Assembly (NCBI RefSeq): GCF_964194025.1
Contig: NC_134474.1
Span: 18,290,001-18,354,000 of the forward strand
Source: Convolutriloba macropyga
Lineage: Eukaryota
Length of the DNA: 64,000 nt
Direction of reading: 5' to 3'
Positions within the stretch are counted from its first letter, which is position 1. Each line of letters opens with the position of its first letter. The notes beneath the pieces were generated by a model. That model searched no databases. It had not been told where the DNA came from and saw only the letters and a list, made by a program, of their open reading frames with translations. A program made the position numbers and the translations under genes. Positions 52,574 to 64,000 of the stretch are shown piece after piece.

Positions 52574-55500
52574 ACAGTCTTCTTCTTNNNNNNNNNNNNN
52601 NNNNNNNNNNNNNNNNNNNNNNNNNNNNNNNNNNNNNNNNNNNNNNNNNNNNNNNNNNNNNNNNNNNNNNNNNNNNNNNNNNNNNNNNNNNNNNNNNNNN
52701 NNNNNNNNNNNNNNNNNNNNNNNNNNNNNNNNNNNNNNNNNNNNNNNNNNNNNNNNNNNNNNNNNNCTCTCCGACTTTGTCTCTGACGGACCCACACACT
52801 CTTTTGATCAGGCACTCACTCTCTCTCCTTCAATGTCGTTTGAAGGACACACACTGTTTTGACCAGGGCAATCCCTCTCGCTCATTGTCACTCAAATTTC
52901 ATGGCTCATAACCTATTGACGCGCTTAGAGAAGCACGCTAAAACACTCAGCAATTTGAAAGTTTATTCACTATTGTTGGATTATGGGCGTCAAATATGTG
53001 TAGAAAATCAGCTGAAACGATTGCTGTAAATTACCCACCGAGGCTTGATTTGGATGTGTGAATTTAGCTCAAAGTTCTGACTTGTGCTTTTTGACTTTTA
53101 CCTTTTGAAGTCATTCTGAAAAAAATTTTAGCTGAGAAAGAAAAACGGTTTTTGTTTTATTTTCGAGGCTGAATATATTCTTTTGCTATTTTCTTCAGAA
53201 ACTAGTAACAAGTAACAAGTCATTAAATACCAACTTTCTGCTTCTAAATAACCTATTTCTATAAGAAATTTTTTTTTGTTTTTTAAATTCTTTCTCGTCT
53301 TTTTTCGTTTCTTCTAAAAGTGGTTTTCTTTTAAAAATTACTTTTAAAAGTGGTTCCAAAATTATCCGTTTTCTTTTTTTCACCAAAACGTTTAAAATAA
53401 CAGGGTACAAAATCATTAAGGAAAGTACTCACCTAATGTTCAAATCAACTACTGAGCGCCATTATCAAACATTTTGTCACAATAGTTTATTTTTATTGTA
53501 CAAGGATTGCTACAAAGACCGCTATATCAGTTTTTGCTAGTGGTAACAGTTTGGCGACTGATACAACCATTGGTACAAAAGTTGTACATTTGGGCAAAAC
53601 AAAGTCAACTGCACAGTCATGTCTTAAAGAAAGTTCTCATATTTCTTCTCAGAGATTTCTATTGTAGAATTAGCGATGACCAAACAGTTGTCTATTTTTT
53701 TGAGATCTTCAACGCAAATTATAAAAAATGACAATTTTTTTAAAAAAAATCTTAAATATAACAAGAAAAAATCACCTCAGAGTTTGAAAACACACAGTGT
53801 TCAGACGTTTGTTATTGACCACCATACAGTCTTTATTAATAGAACTTTTTGACTTTTAATTACTTTTTTCGTCAAAAAATTCTTCGTTGAATTGAGTGAT
53901 TTTTTCAAAAAGCAGTGTTTTTGAATTCTGTCCACTTGGTAAAACAATTGACCCGTTTTGTTTAAGAGTGTAGTTATTTGGACAAACTTCGAGTGGACAT
54001 TGACTAATATAGCCAGTGATTGCCTCCCTGCAACTAAGCGCGATGAGGCCGGATCCTGCAGATAGTTTCACAACCAATTACTTGAACTTTTCTCTTACGT
54101 ATGAATCAACTTTTGCAATTTTTTTCAAGCAAGCCTTCTGTGCAGCATTTTTTAATTTGTTCAACCATATCGTAGGTTTGCATATGTTTCAAATGTACAC
54201 AATGTTACAAGCCCTGCAGGGACTCTTACCAAAATCGTTTTTACAAATTTATTCTACTTAAAAGAACGATTTATTCTTTTTTAAAGAAACGGACTCTTTT
54301 AATTGACCCTTTTTTTGTTTCTATCGACAATTTTTCTAAATTACTAGTGATTTTCACTCACCCGTAATGAAGCTTTGACGCCCGCTGGAATCTTCAAATT
54401 TATAATTAATAAACTATAAATTAATTTAACAAATCAACAGTTTCAAAATTTAACTCGCTCTCTNNNNNNNNNNNNNNNNNNNNNNNNNNNNNNNNNNNNN
54501 NNNNNNNNNNNNNNNNNNNNNNNNNNNNNNNNNNNNNNNNNNNNNNNNNNNNNNNNNNNNNNNNNNNNNNNNNNNNNNNNNNNNNNNNNNNNNNNNNNNN
54601 NNNNNNNNACCTCTCTTTTTTTGTGTGTGTCCGTTTTCATCTTTCTTTTTCTTTCTTTCCCCTCCCTTCTCTTTCCCCTTGTCTCTCCGACTTAGTCTTT
54701 GACGGACCCACACACTCTTTTGACCAGGTAGTCACTCTCTCTCCTTCAATGTCGTTTGAAGGACACACACTGTTTTGACCAGGGCAATCCATCCCTCTCG
54801 CTCATTGTTACTCTATCAAACAGGCATTGCTTTATGCTTTTCTTTTTTAAAAGTGTCAAATTTCATGGCTCATAACCTGTTGACGAGCTTAGAGAGGCAC
54901 GCTAAAATACGCAGCAGTTTGAAAGTTATTTCACTTTTGTTGGAGTATGGGTGTCAAATATGTGAAGAAAATCAGCTTAAATGATTGCTGTAATTTACCC
55001 ATTAAAGCTTTATGTGGATGTGTGAATTTAGCCCAAAGTTCTGGCTTGTGCTTTCTCACTTTCAACTTTTGAAGTCATGCTGAAAAAAATTTTAGCTGAG
55101 GAAGAAAACCGGTTTTTGTTTTATTTTCGAGGCTGAATATATTCATTTTCTATTTTCTTCAGAAACTAGTAAGAAGTAACAAGTCTGATTATTTAAGTAA
55201 CAAGTAACGCTGTCTCATTAGCAACTTTCTGCTACTAAATAGCCTATTTTTATTAAACAGTTTTTTTGTTTTTTAAGTTCTTTCTTTCTTTCCTCGTTTC
55301 TTCTAAAAGTGGTTTTCTTTTAAAAGTTTCTTTTAAAAGTGGTTCCAATATTATCTGTTTTCCTTTTTTCACCAAAACGTTTAAAATAACAGGGTACAAA
55401 ATCATTAAGGAAAGTGCTCACCTAATGTTCAAATCAACTATTGAACGCCATTATCAAATAGTTTGTCACAGTAGTTTATTTTTGTTGTACAAGGATTGCT

Positions 55501-55672
55501 ACAAAGACCGCTACCTCAGTTTTTGCTAGTGGTAACAGTTTGACGACTGATACAACCATTGGTACAAAAGGTGTACATTTGGGCAAAACAAAGTCATCTG
55601 CACAGTCATGTCTTATAGAAAGCTCTCTTATTTCTTCTCAGAAGATTTCTATTGTAGAATTAGCGATGACCA
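47868..55672. repeat. Tandem repeat, ~1.95-kb unit, 4 copies, each with a gap at the same CT-rich position
   Basis: Anchor CCAAACAGTTGTCTATTTTTTTGAGATCT at ~47870, 49794, 51761, 53680; array ends ~55670. Gaps at 48657-48841, 50594-50826, 52588-52766 and 54464-54608. Confidence 0.95.
49350..50340 (-). pseudogene. Possible pogo/Tigger (CENP-B-like) transposase relic forming much of the 1.95-kb unit (one representative copy given)
   Basis: Across frameshifts, in the expected order: SSNWL.NYL..SDL....RGQS (HTH end), KTGQLFY (cf. DETGLFY), IDNC/FGH (cf. LDN..GH), LPKCTPFVPMVVSVAK (cf. LP..T..QP.DV.V.K). Highly degenerate. Confidence 0.4.
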
Positions 55673-56899
55673 CTAAAGGCAGCGGAGTCAAAAGTTCTGC
55701 ATGTTTGATAACAAATGCCCTGCGATTGATGGTGAAAATATCGTTTCGTTTCAAAACTGAGCGCGCCGATTTGTGGCTTCTATACAAGTCAAGGTTTCAA
55801 ATTTGGTTAAATTAACGCTAATTTTCCGCGGGATCACCAAAATATTGAGTTGAATCAACTCCGTCCAAAAAAAATGCAGTTCTGTGTTATATCCCGTATA
55901 GCCATCATTGATATACTAAGTTCTCCTGACATCACGATTTTTGCAGAGGATAAGGTAAATCCTCAATTTAAACGCTTGTCATCAAGAATTAATCTAGATT
56001 ATATGTGAGACGACTATAAATTGCTATAACAAAGTAAAGTCTATTATCAACACTTGTACAAGTTTGTTGCTTTTTTAAAAATTTTGCAGGTGCCTAAATA
56101 CAAGGATGTGTGGTGGAAAGTATAAATGAGCAATCTCCAATTCTTTATCTCTTAAAGTTCCAATTTTATCGACCAATAGAACTATATTTCTGAAAAAATA
56201 AATCTTTTATTATTTTTTTAAATCTAGGAGTAAAATTTGAGTTAAAATTTGCTGAATTATTTTATTTATTACAACACATTGATCCAGAATCCGGCAGACA
56301 GTATTTCTATAGAAGTGAGTATTGTTTGAGATAAAGCAGTTGCTATTCGTTCAAGGAGGTCAACCACTCTTTTGCACTACCATTGAAGTAATTTTTCAAA
56401 AACTATTATTTCGGGCCAGTAATGGGATTCATCAAACTTTTCATCGCTATGATTAAACACACTGTTGTAGAAAATTGAGCTTGAATCAGCCACGGGTATA
56501 TTACGAATTATTAACTTTACATTTCTGTTTTTGCACGGAGAGGCTTAATCGATAAAAATATTAATCGACAATTCAGTTTTCTTCTTAATCGACAAATAAA
56601 ATAGAGACGACTGTATTTTGTTGTCTTCTTAACGGCCTTTAATGAGAATAACATATCAGTATTTTCCTAGTTTTTTGTTTTTCTAACATTTATGTGCGGC
56701 CTTTTGTTGGTCTCTGTTGCTGTTTCTTTGGTTGTCTCTGTCCTAGATAGGATAACTAGCAACTCAGCTGAAACTTTAGGAACGAGCCAGTCCAGTGATT
56801 TGGCCTCGTTGGCCATCGCTTGAATATTTCAAAACCAAACATAGAAACTGACACGGAATACATTTCATTTCCTCAGGAACTGATTTCAACTCATATTGA

Positions 56900-59400
56900 A
56901 AACCATTTGTTGAAACATGGGCGAGAAGCAGTTCAATAGAAAACCAATAGGGTGACTCCTCTGGATGACACTGGATGACGACAACACTGGATGACTATTT
57001 GCGAGTGCTGGGTCCTCGTTGATACTTGTTCCTAACACACTTTTAGCTAGTGGTCTAGGCCGAAGCTTTTCCGGTGAAATTCCTGTAGGAGATGCAGATG
57101 TCCGCTCCAATAGTTTTGGATGCGAACGGTTCTACGAAAATGTGAAAATGGTACCGTTCATAGAACACGCAAAATTTTTGGAAAAACTCGTGAATGAATT
57201 CTTGGAGAATGTATTCTCTTGAGAGTTGTTCTTATAATAATCTGATTCCCAATTTCCTAAAATTTTCGAGCAAGCAGTGCATAGTTTCCAGTTAAGATTG
57301 TTAAAAGAAAAGCTAAGGAAAGCTAGAGAAAAAATTGATGAAACATGTATACCTCAAGGTAGAAAATAAATTGAACACTTTTCCAGAGGCAAAAGACTCC
57401 GCTTCGTGACACAAAAAATTTTGCAATCAGAGCACTTGATGGTACCCAATTGCCCGTTTTTTTACAAAAAAGGCTCTCATATGGCCAAAAGCATCCAGTC
57501 GATAAGATTCATTTTCCAGCGGATGTGGATAAGCTTGTCCGATCTCTATGTGAAAATAGAACTTCGGAGAAAAACTGTGCGAAATTGAGTCTGCAACCAA
57601 GTGGTATCTCAAAAACGTGAGAGAGACACCGAAGGACCGTGTCCTTGTCAAATTAAATCAGCGTCTCAAGGAAAACAAACCTTTTTTGTGCGGTTTGATA
57701 AAAAAAAGAACGTTGTTTGTGTAATGAAAAAGGAAATCTATGAGCAAACACTCCTCGATATACTTAATTGTTCGCAGTTTAAAGAAGTGGAGAGTGGGAA
57801 CGATAATATTATTGTAAAATTGGGGAACGATATGAACAGCACTTTGCTATATAGGAGCAAACAAGAGATGATAAGTAAAGGAATGCAATACAGACTCCTT
57901 ACAACAGGAGACCTACCTGCTCGCCTGTGTAATTTCGAGAAAAATCTTCAATTCATCACGCAACCGACAACGGTTCTCTCAATTCTCGGGAATAGTTTAA
58001 AAACTGAAACAAACTCCGTTACAACACTTTTTGAGATGACACCGAGAAGCAAGCATTGAAATAGACACTTGCTGCACGTAACAGTCTTAAAATAATTAGG
58101 CTTGATGACACTGAACAGATAGTCTTGCTAGACGTAAAAAGTTTCAACACGAATGTGCCTGTTTCGGAAGCAATAGAAAAAGCTCTAAGATGCCTCTATT
58201 CAAGTGAATGCGCTACTGATATGGAATGATCAACATTAAACCTTAAATAAAATTGAGCAACGATTGTTCATTTCAAATGCAACATTAAATGGTACTGCCA
58301 TATAGACGGACTAGCAATAGGCGCATTTCTGGCGGTCATATTACTAAAAATGTTGATGAAATCGTTTGAACTTAAACAAAAGGAAGAGGGCTGTATTCGT
58401 TAGCCGGGCTTAAAGAACAATCCCAGCGTGATTTTACCGACTGCTAAAGAAAATTAATTCAGAAAAGTAAAAGAGTTGAACGTGAACTATGCGATAGTAG
58501 GTTTCGTGTCGTGTTCCAGAAGAAAGAGCAGTGAAGAATACGAAATGGGATATTGTACGGTTCTGTAGTCACTGCAACATAATACCCAAAACAGACAGAA
58601 CTGAAGTTAGAGAGAATGTTTTTTGAGCAGCATGTTTACATATTTCATATACCACAACATCAACAAACAAAGAATTGCTCAAAACAGTTGAGAATTTCAT
58701 CGCAAAAACCTTGGATAACCAGTTTTCATTAGAAAAATATAATGCAAAGGGCGAACTGACATGAATATATGTGTTAGCAGGAAAAAACTAAACGCAAATT
58801 TTACAGCAATCCTGCCGATTCCTTTACAATTCGACATTTTCATCGTTCTTACCCATTGCAACATATGACAAATATAGTGGAGGTCAAAACATTCGAGAAA
58901 AGTTTGAAATCTTACGTGGTTTATGGATTCTCTTGTAGTGGATGTGAATCCACCTCTGCCTTTCAAACTGGTCTTCATGTTACCACGATGATGACAGAGC
59001 ACCAGAAACTTGATTGAGCCAGGCAGCAGGTCGGGCGGCACAGTGTTGATTGCTGTGTATTGCCACAAGCTTTTAACTGGCGTATAATAGACCAGTGCAC
59101 ATAACTGAAAAACTGATCATCATAGAGACATTGCTCATAAGGGATGAAAAACCAAAATACAAGCGCTTGACAACTATCATGGACGGGAACTGACACCATA
59201 GAACTAATCTGACATGTGAGTCGGCTTAAATGATAATAGTTAAGCAAAAATTAATTAGAATAGAAAATCCAAATTTCATCCAATTTCGACCGTAAAAAGA
59301 AAGAATCACAAGATCTGATATGAGGTTTTCAGGTATATGAGGTTTTCAGGTTTGTTCAAATGTGTCTAAGTTTGCAAATGCGTTAGATTTTAGAGAAAGA
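56900..59400 (+). mobile_element. Penelope-like element (RT + GIY-YIG), decayed
   Basis: FDKKKNVVCVMKKEIYEQTLLDIL, LPARLC, LLDVKSFNTNVPVSEAI, HFKCNIKWYCHIDGLAIGAFLAVIL, QFSLEKYNAKGEL; GIY-YIG-like LKSYVVYGFSCSGCEST..QTGLHVTTMMTEHQK; C-terminal IETLLIRDEKP...YHGRELT. Boundaries approximate. Confidence 0.85.
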
Positions 59401-62400
59401 AAAATGTGATAAAGTTGTAACATGTGAGAACAAACTTTCTACTCACAAACTTGGATGAAGTTTATCAACCTAATATTGCGACTTTTGGCACCAAAAAATT
59501 CAATATAACTGAGTTTCTTTTGTAGACGAGAGGAATACTGTAGGGAATCAATTGAGTAAAAATTGTTTCCAAAATATGGTTTGAAGATGCAATCCTATTG
59601 CGCCAAAAATTTTATTCTGTTTTCACTTCGTAAAAGTAAGGGCCGCCAACTCACGTTTATTCAGTAAAATTTTGAGTCAGAAAAAATTCAATATGAATTC
59701 AGTGGGAAGCAGCAGAAGCTGTTTATTGCTTCAAGCGTTAAAATCAGTTACTTAATTAGAGATGACAACGAGGAGCAAGCACTGAAATAAACCCTTGACG
59801 CACGTAAAAGACGTGAACAAATTATGCTTGATGACACAGAACAGATAGTCTTGCTATAAGTAAAAAGTTTCAAAATGAATGTGCCTTCTTCGGAAGCAAT
59901 AGAAATAGCTCTAAGATGCCTCTATTCAAGTGACGGCGCTACTGATATGGAAAGGTAAACACTATAAATTAATTAAAATTGAGCAGCCATTGTTCGTTTC
60001 AAATGCAACAATAAAAGGTACTGCCATGTAGACGGACTAGCAATAGGCGCATTTCTGGCGGTCACATTACAAAAAGTTTGTATGAAATTGTTTAATGATA
60101 AACAAAAAGAAGAGGGCTGTATTCGTGAACAGGGCTTAAAGAACAATCCCAGCAAAATTTGCACGATTGTTCGAGAAAATTAGTTTGGAAAAGTAAAGCA
60201 GTTGAACATGAACTATGCGATAATAGGTTTCATGTCCTGTGCCAGAAAAAAAACAATGAAAAAATACGAAATGGGGATATTCTGCGGTTCTGTTGTCACT
60301 GCAACATAATACCCTGAACAGACAGAACTGACGTTAGAGAGAATGTTGTTTGAGCAGCATGTTTAAATATTACATGTACAAAACATCAACAAATAAAGAA
60401 TTGTTCGAAACAGTTACGAAATGCATAAAAACTTGTAAAACCGGTTTTCATTAGAAAAGTATGATGCAAAGGTCGAACTGGCTTGTATTGACATGAATAT
60501 ATGTGTTAGCAGGAAAAAACTAAACGCAAATTTAACAGCAATCCTGCCGATTCCTTTACAATTCGACATTTTCATCGTTGTTACCCATTACCATATGAAA
60601 AAATAGTGGAGGTCAAAGTATTCGAGAAAAATTTGAAATCTTACGTGGTTTATGGAATCTCTTGTAGTGAATGTGAATCCACCTCTGTCTTTTGAACTAG
60701 TCGTCATGTTATCACGAGGATGACAGAGCACCAGAAACGGGCGGCACAGTATTGATTGCTGTGTATTGCCACAAGCTTTTAACAGGCGTATAATTGACCA
60801 GTGCTCATAACTGAAAAACTGATCATCGTAGAGACATTGCTCATAAGGGATGAAAAACAAAAAACACAACCGCTTGACGACTATCAGGGACGGGAACTGA
60901 CACCAAAGTATTAATCTGACAAGTAAGCCTACTTAACGGATAATAGTTAAGCAAAAAATAATTGGAATTAAAAATCCAAATTTCATCAAATTTCGACCGT
61001 AAAACGAAATAATCACAAGATCTGAAATGTTTTCAGGTTTGTTCAAATATGTCTAAGTTTGCAAATTTGTTAGTTTTTAGAGAGAGAAAAAATGTGATTA
61101 AGTTGTAACATGTGAGAATAAATTTGTTACTTTCAAACCTGGATGGAGTTTATCAACCTAATATTGCGACTTTTGGCACAAAAAAATTGAATTTAACTGA
61201 ATTTCTTTTGTAGACGAGATGAATAGTGTAGGGAATCAATTTGCGTAAAAGTTGTTTTCAAAATATGGTTCGAAGATGCAATCCTATAGCGCCAAAAATT
61301 TTATTCTGTTTTCAATTTTTAAAAGTAAGGGCTGCCAACTCACTTTTTTTCAGTAACATTTTGAGTCAGAAGAAATTCAATATGAATTCAGTGGTAAGCA
61401 GCAGAAGCTATTTATTGCTTCAAGCGTTAAAATCATACTTAATTAGAGATTACACCGAGGAGCAAGCACTGATATAAACCCTTGATGCACGTAAAAGACG
61501 GGAAATAATTATGCTTGATAACACTGAACAGATAGTCTTGCTAGACGTAAAAAGTTTCAAAATGAATGTGCCTGTTTCGGAAGCAATAGAAATAGCTCTA
61601 AGGTGCCTCTATTCAAGTGACCGCGCTACTGATATGGAAAGGTCAAAATTAAAACATAATTAAAATTGAGCAACGATTGTTCACTTCAAATGCAACAATA
61701 AATGGTACTGCCATGTAGACGGACTAGCAATAGGCTCATTTCTGGCGGTCACTTTACTAAAAATTTGAATGAAGTTTGTTTAAAGATAAACAAAAAGAAG
61801 AGGGCTGTATTCGTGAGCCGGGCTTAAAGAACAATCCCAGCGAGATTGGCCACAATTGCTTGAGAAAATTAGTTTGGAAAAGTAAAGGATTGAACGTGAA
61901 CTATGCGACAATAGGTTTCATGTCCTGTGCCAGAAAAAAAAACAATGAAAAAAAGCGAAATGGGGATATTCTGCGGTTCTGTTGTCACTGCAACATAATA
62001 CCCTGAACAGACAGAACTGACGTTAGAGAGAATGTTGTTTGAGCAGCATGTTTACATATTACATGTACCACAACATCAACAAACAAAGAGTTGCTCGAAA
62101 CAGTTAAGAATCGCATAAAACCTTGGAAATTCGGTTTTCATTAAAAAAGTTTAATGCAAAGGGCGAGCTGGCTTTTATTGACATGAATATATGTGTTAGC
62201 AGGAAATAAGAAAACGCAAATGTTACAGCAATCCTGCCGATTCCTTTACAATTCGACACTCATCGTTGTTACCCATTGCAACATATGAAAAGTATAATGA
62301 AGGTCTATATAATCGAGAAAAATTTGAAATGTTACGTGGTTTATGGAATCTCTTGTTGTGGATGTGAATCCATCTCTGTCTCTCAAACTGATCGTCCTGT

Positions 62401-63000
62401 TATCACGAGGATGAGATGACAGAGCACCAGGAATTTGATTGAGTCAGGCAGCACGTCGGGCTGCAGGTTAGCGGTCGGGCAGCACATTATTGATTGCTGT
62501 GTGTTGTCTCAAGCTTTTAACTGTCGTATAATTGACCACTGCACATAACTGAAAAACTGATAATCAAAGAAACATTGCTCATAGGGGATGAAAAACCAAA
62601 AATACAAGCGCTTGACGACTATCGGGGACGGGAACTGACACTAAAGTAATAATCTGACATGTAAGTCGGCTTATATGACAATAGTTAATCAAAAAATATT
62701 TGGAATAAAAAACCCAAATTCCATCCAATTTCGACCAAAAAAAGAAAGAGTCACAAGATTTAAATTGTTTTCAGGTTTGTTCAAACATGTCTAAATTTGC
62801 AAATGCGTTAGTTTTTAGAGAGACAGAAAATATGATTAATTTGTAACATGTGAGAACAAACTTTCTACTCTCAGACTTGGATGAAGTTTATCAACCTAAC
62901 CTTGCAACTTTCGGCACCAAAAAATTGAATTTTACTGAATTTCCTTTGCTTTGTAGACGAGCGGAATAGTGTAGGCAATCAATTGTTTAAAAATTGTTTG
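58033..63000 (+). repeat. Tandem triplication (~1.7-kb unit) of the Penelope 3' half plus downstream flank
   Basis: Unit starts GAGAT(G/T)ACA at 58033, 59759 and 61446 (periods 1726 and 1687); the third copy is truncated near 63000. Confidence 0.93.
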
Positions 63001-64000
63001 AAAATAATATTTCGGCAAAAAAGATTTGGAAAAAAAGCGAAGAAAAGCACGCTAATGTCAGTAAACAGTCTCTCAAATTACAAAAGTGAATACTAGCGAC
63101 TTTTATTGAAAACTGAAAATAAAAAAAAATTTGAAAGTTCTAAAAATTACTCGAAAAAACTCAAAAATTGCAATCTTTAAAACTATCGTAGATATAGTTT
63201 CATTTTGGTTGAAATCATTCAGAGAGTAAAGTTGATAATATAATCTGACAACTTCACTTATATCAAAATGATATGTTTTACAATTTGAAATTAGACGTAT
63301 TGACTCTTACTGTTTTCAAAATCCATAGTTTTTCTTCGAAAAATTTATAGAGACACAAAGATTAAAACAAATGCTTTTGTCGCATTTACAGACAATGTGA
63401 GAAAAAACGTCAATATACTTTTGAATTTTACCTAGATATACCTTCTACAAATGCTATTCAGACCAATTTAATGCGATGCTGAACTGCAAAGCCCGCCCTT
63501 AGACTTTGTAGGTAAATACCTTCACAAACCTTAAGCCACAGCAGCCTCGTTTGATGAGCGTGGTTAATACTGAAATATTTTGATATTTTGATTCCTCTTT
63601 TAGATTTTTCTTGGAATTAAAGTCGTTTTCCTCCGTTCATTTGCAAACAATTGCCCCATAAGTCAACCGGAGTCTTATAACTATCACAAGATCATTAAAA
63701 AGTTAGAAAACGTGCAATTTAAGGTTTAAGACGAGTAAATTGGTAATAACAATACAATGTGGTCTCCGTAATGGCAACAGGGCTTTTAGCCGAAAAACAA
63801 AAAATGAAACAAAAAAGACAATTCACGTCAAATTTGCTTTTAGATTTTTTCTGAAGCTCTCATCGGCCCAAATAAAACTGTTTATCGCAAACCAGCAATA
63901 TAAAAATACAGCCCGTTTTTCATCAGCTAGTGCAACAAAGCTCTCATCGTGGTTGCACCAACCTCCTCTCTGGCCAGGGGGATAAAATCATATTTAGTTA

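Noticed and set aside
56760-59400. Hammerhead ribozyme expected near Penelope termini
   Set aside because: No intact CTGANGA...GAAA core with pairing stems was found by eye; the CTGGATGAC triplet at ~56961-56995 does not fit.
1-64000. CRISPR arrays, tRNA, rRNA or SL RNA genes
   Set aside because: No repeat-spacer structure, cloverleaf, rRNA-like tract or convincing donor-plus-Sm-site unit was seen; the DNA is eukaryotic with spliceosomal introns.

Overview
AT-rich eukaryotic (animal, probably invertebrate) genomic DNA with five N gaps; most of the window is transposon-derived or tandemly repeated. The only host genes I can support are three tandem, minus-strand, two-exon paralogues of the failed-axon-connections (FAX)/metaxin-like GST-fold family (28051-34617). 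Two of them are only 129 nt apart, and each has a TTTCAG acceptor upstream of its ATG, which suggests an operon resolved by trans-splicing. Mobile elements: a structurally complete but mutated Ty3/gypsy LTR element (10762-15637, 497-bp LTRs, GTTTT TSD); a CR1-type LINE with a PHD-finger ORF1; a CRE-clade restriction-like-endonuclease non-LTR element; a decayed Ty1/copia; and a decayed Penelope-like element whose RT appears to carry a PHD finger between motifs B' and C. There are five tandem arrays (353 bp, ~1.47 kb, ~1 kb mosaic, ~1.95 kb, ~1.7 kb); the ~1.7-kb one is built from a dead TE and the ~1.95-kb one probably is. All family calls come from manual motif reading; no searches were run.
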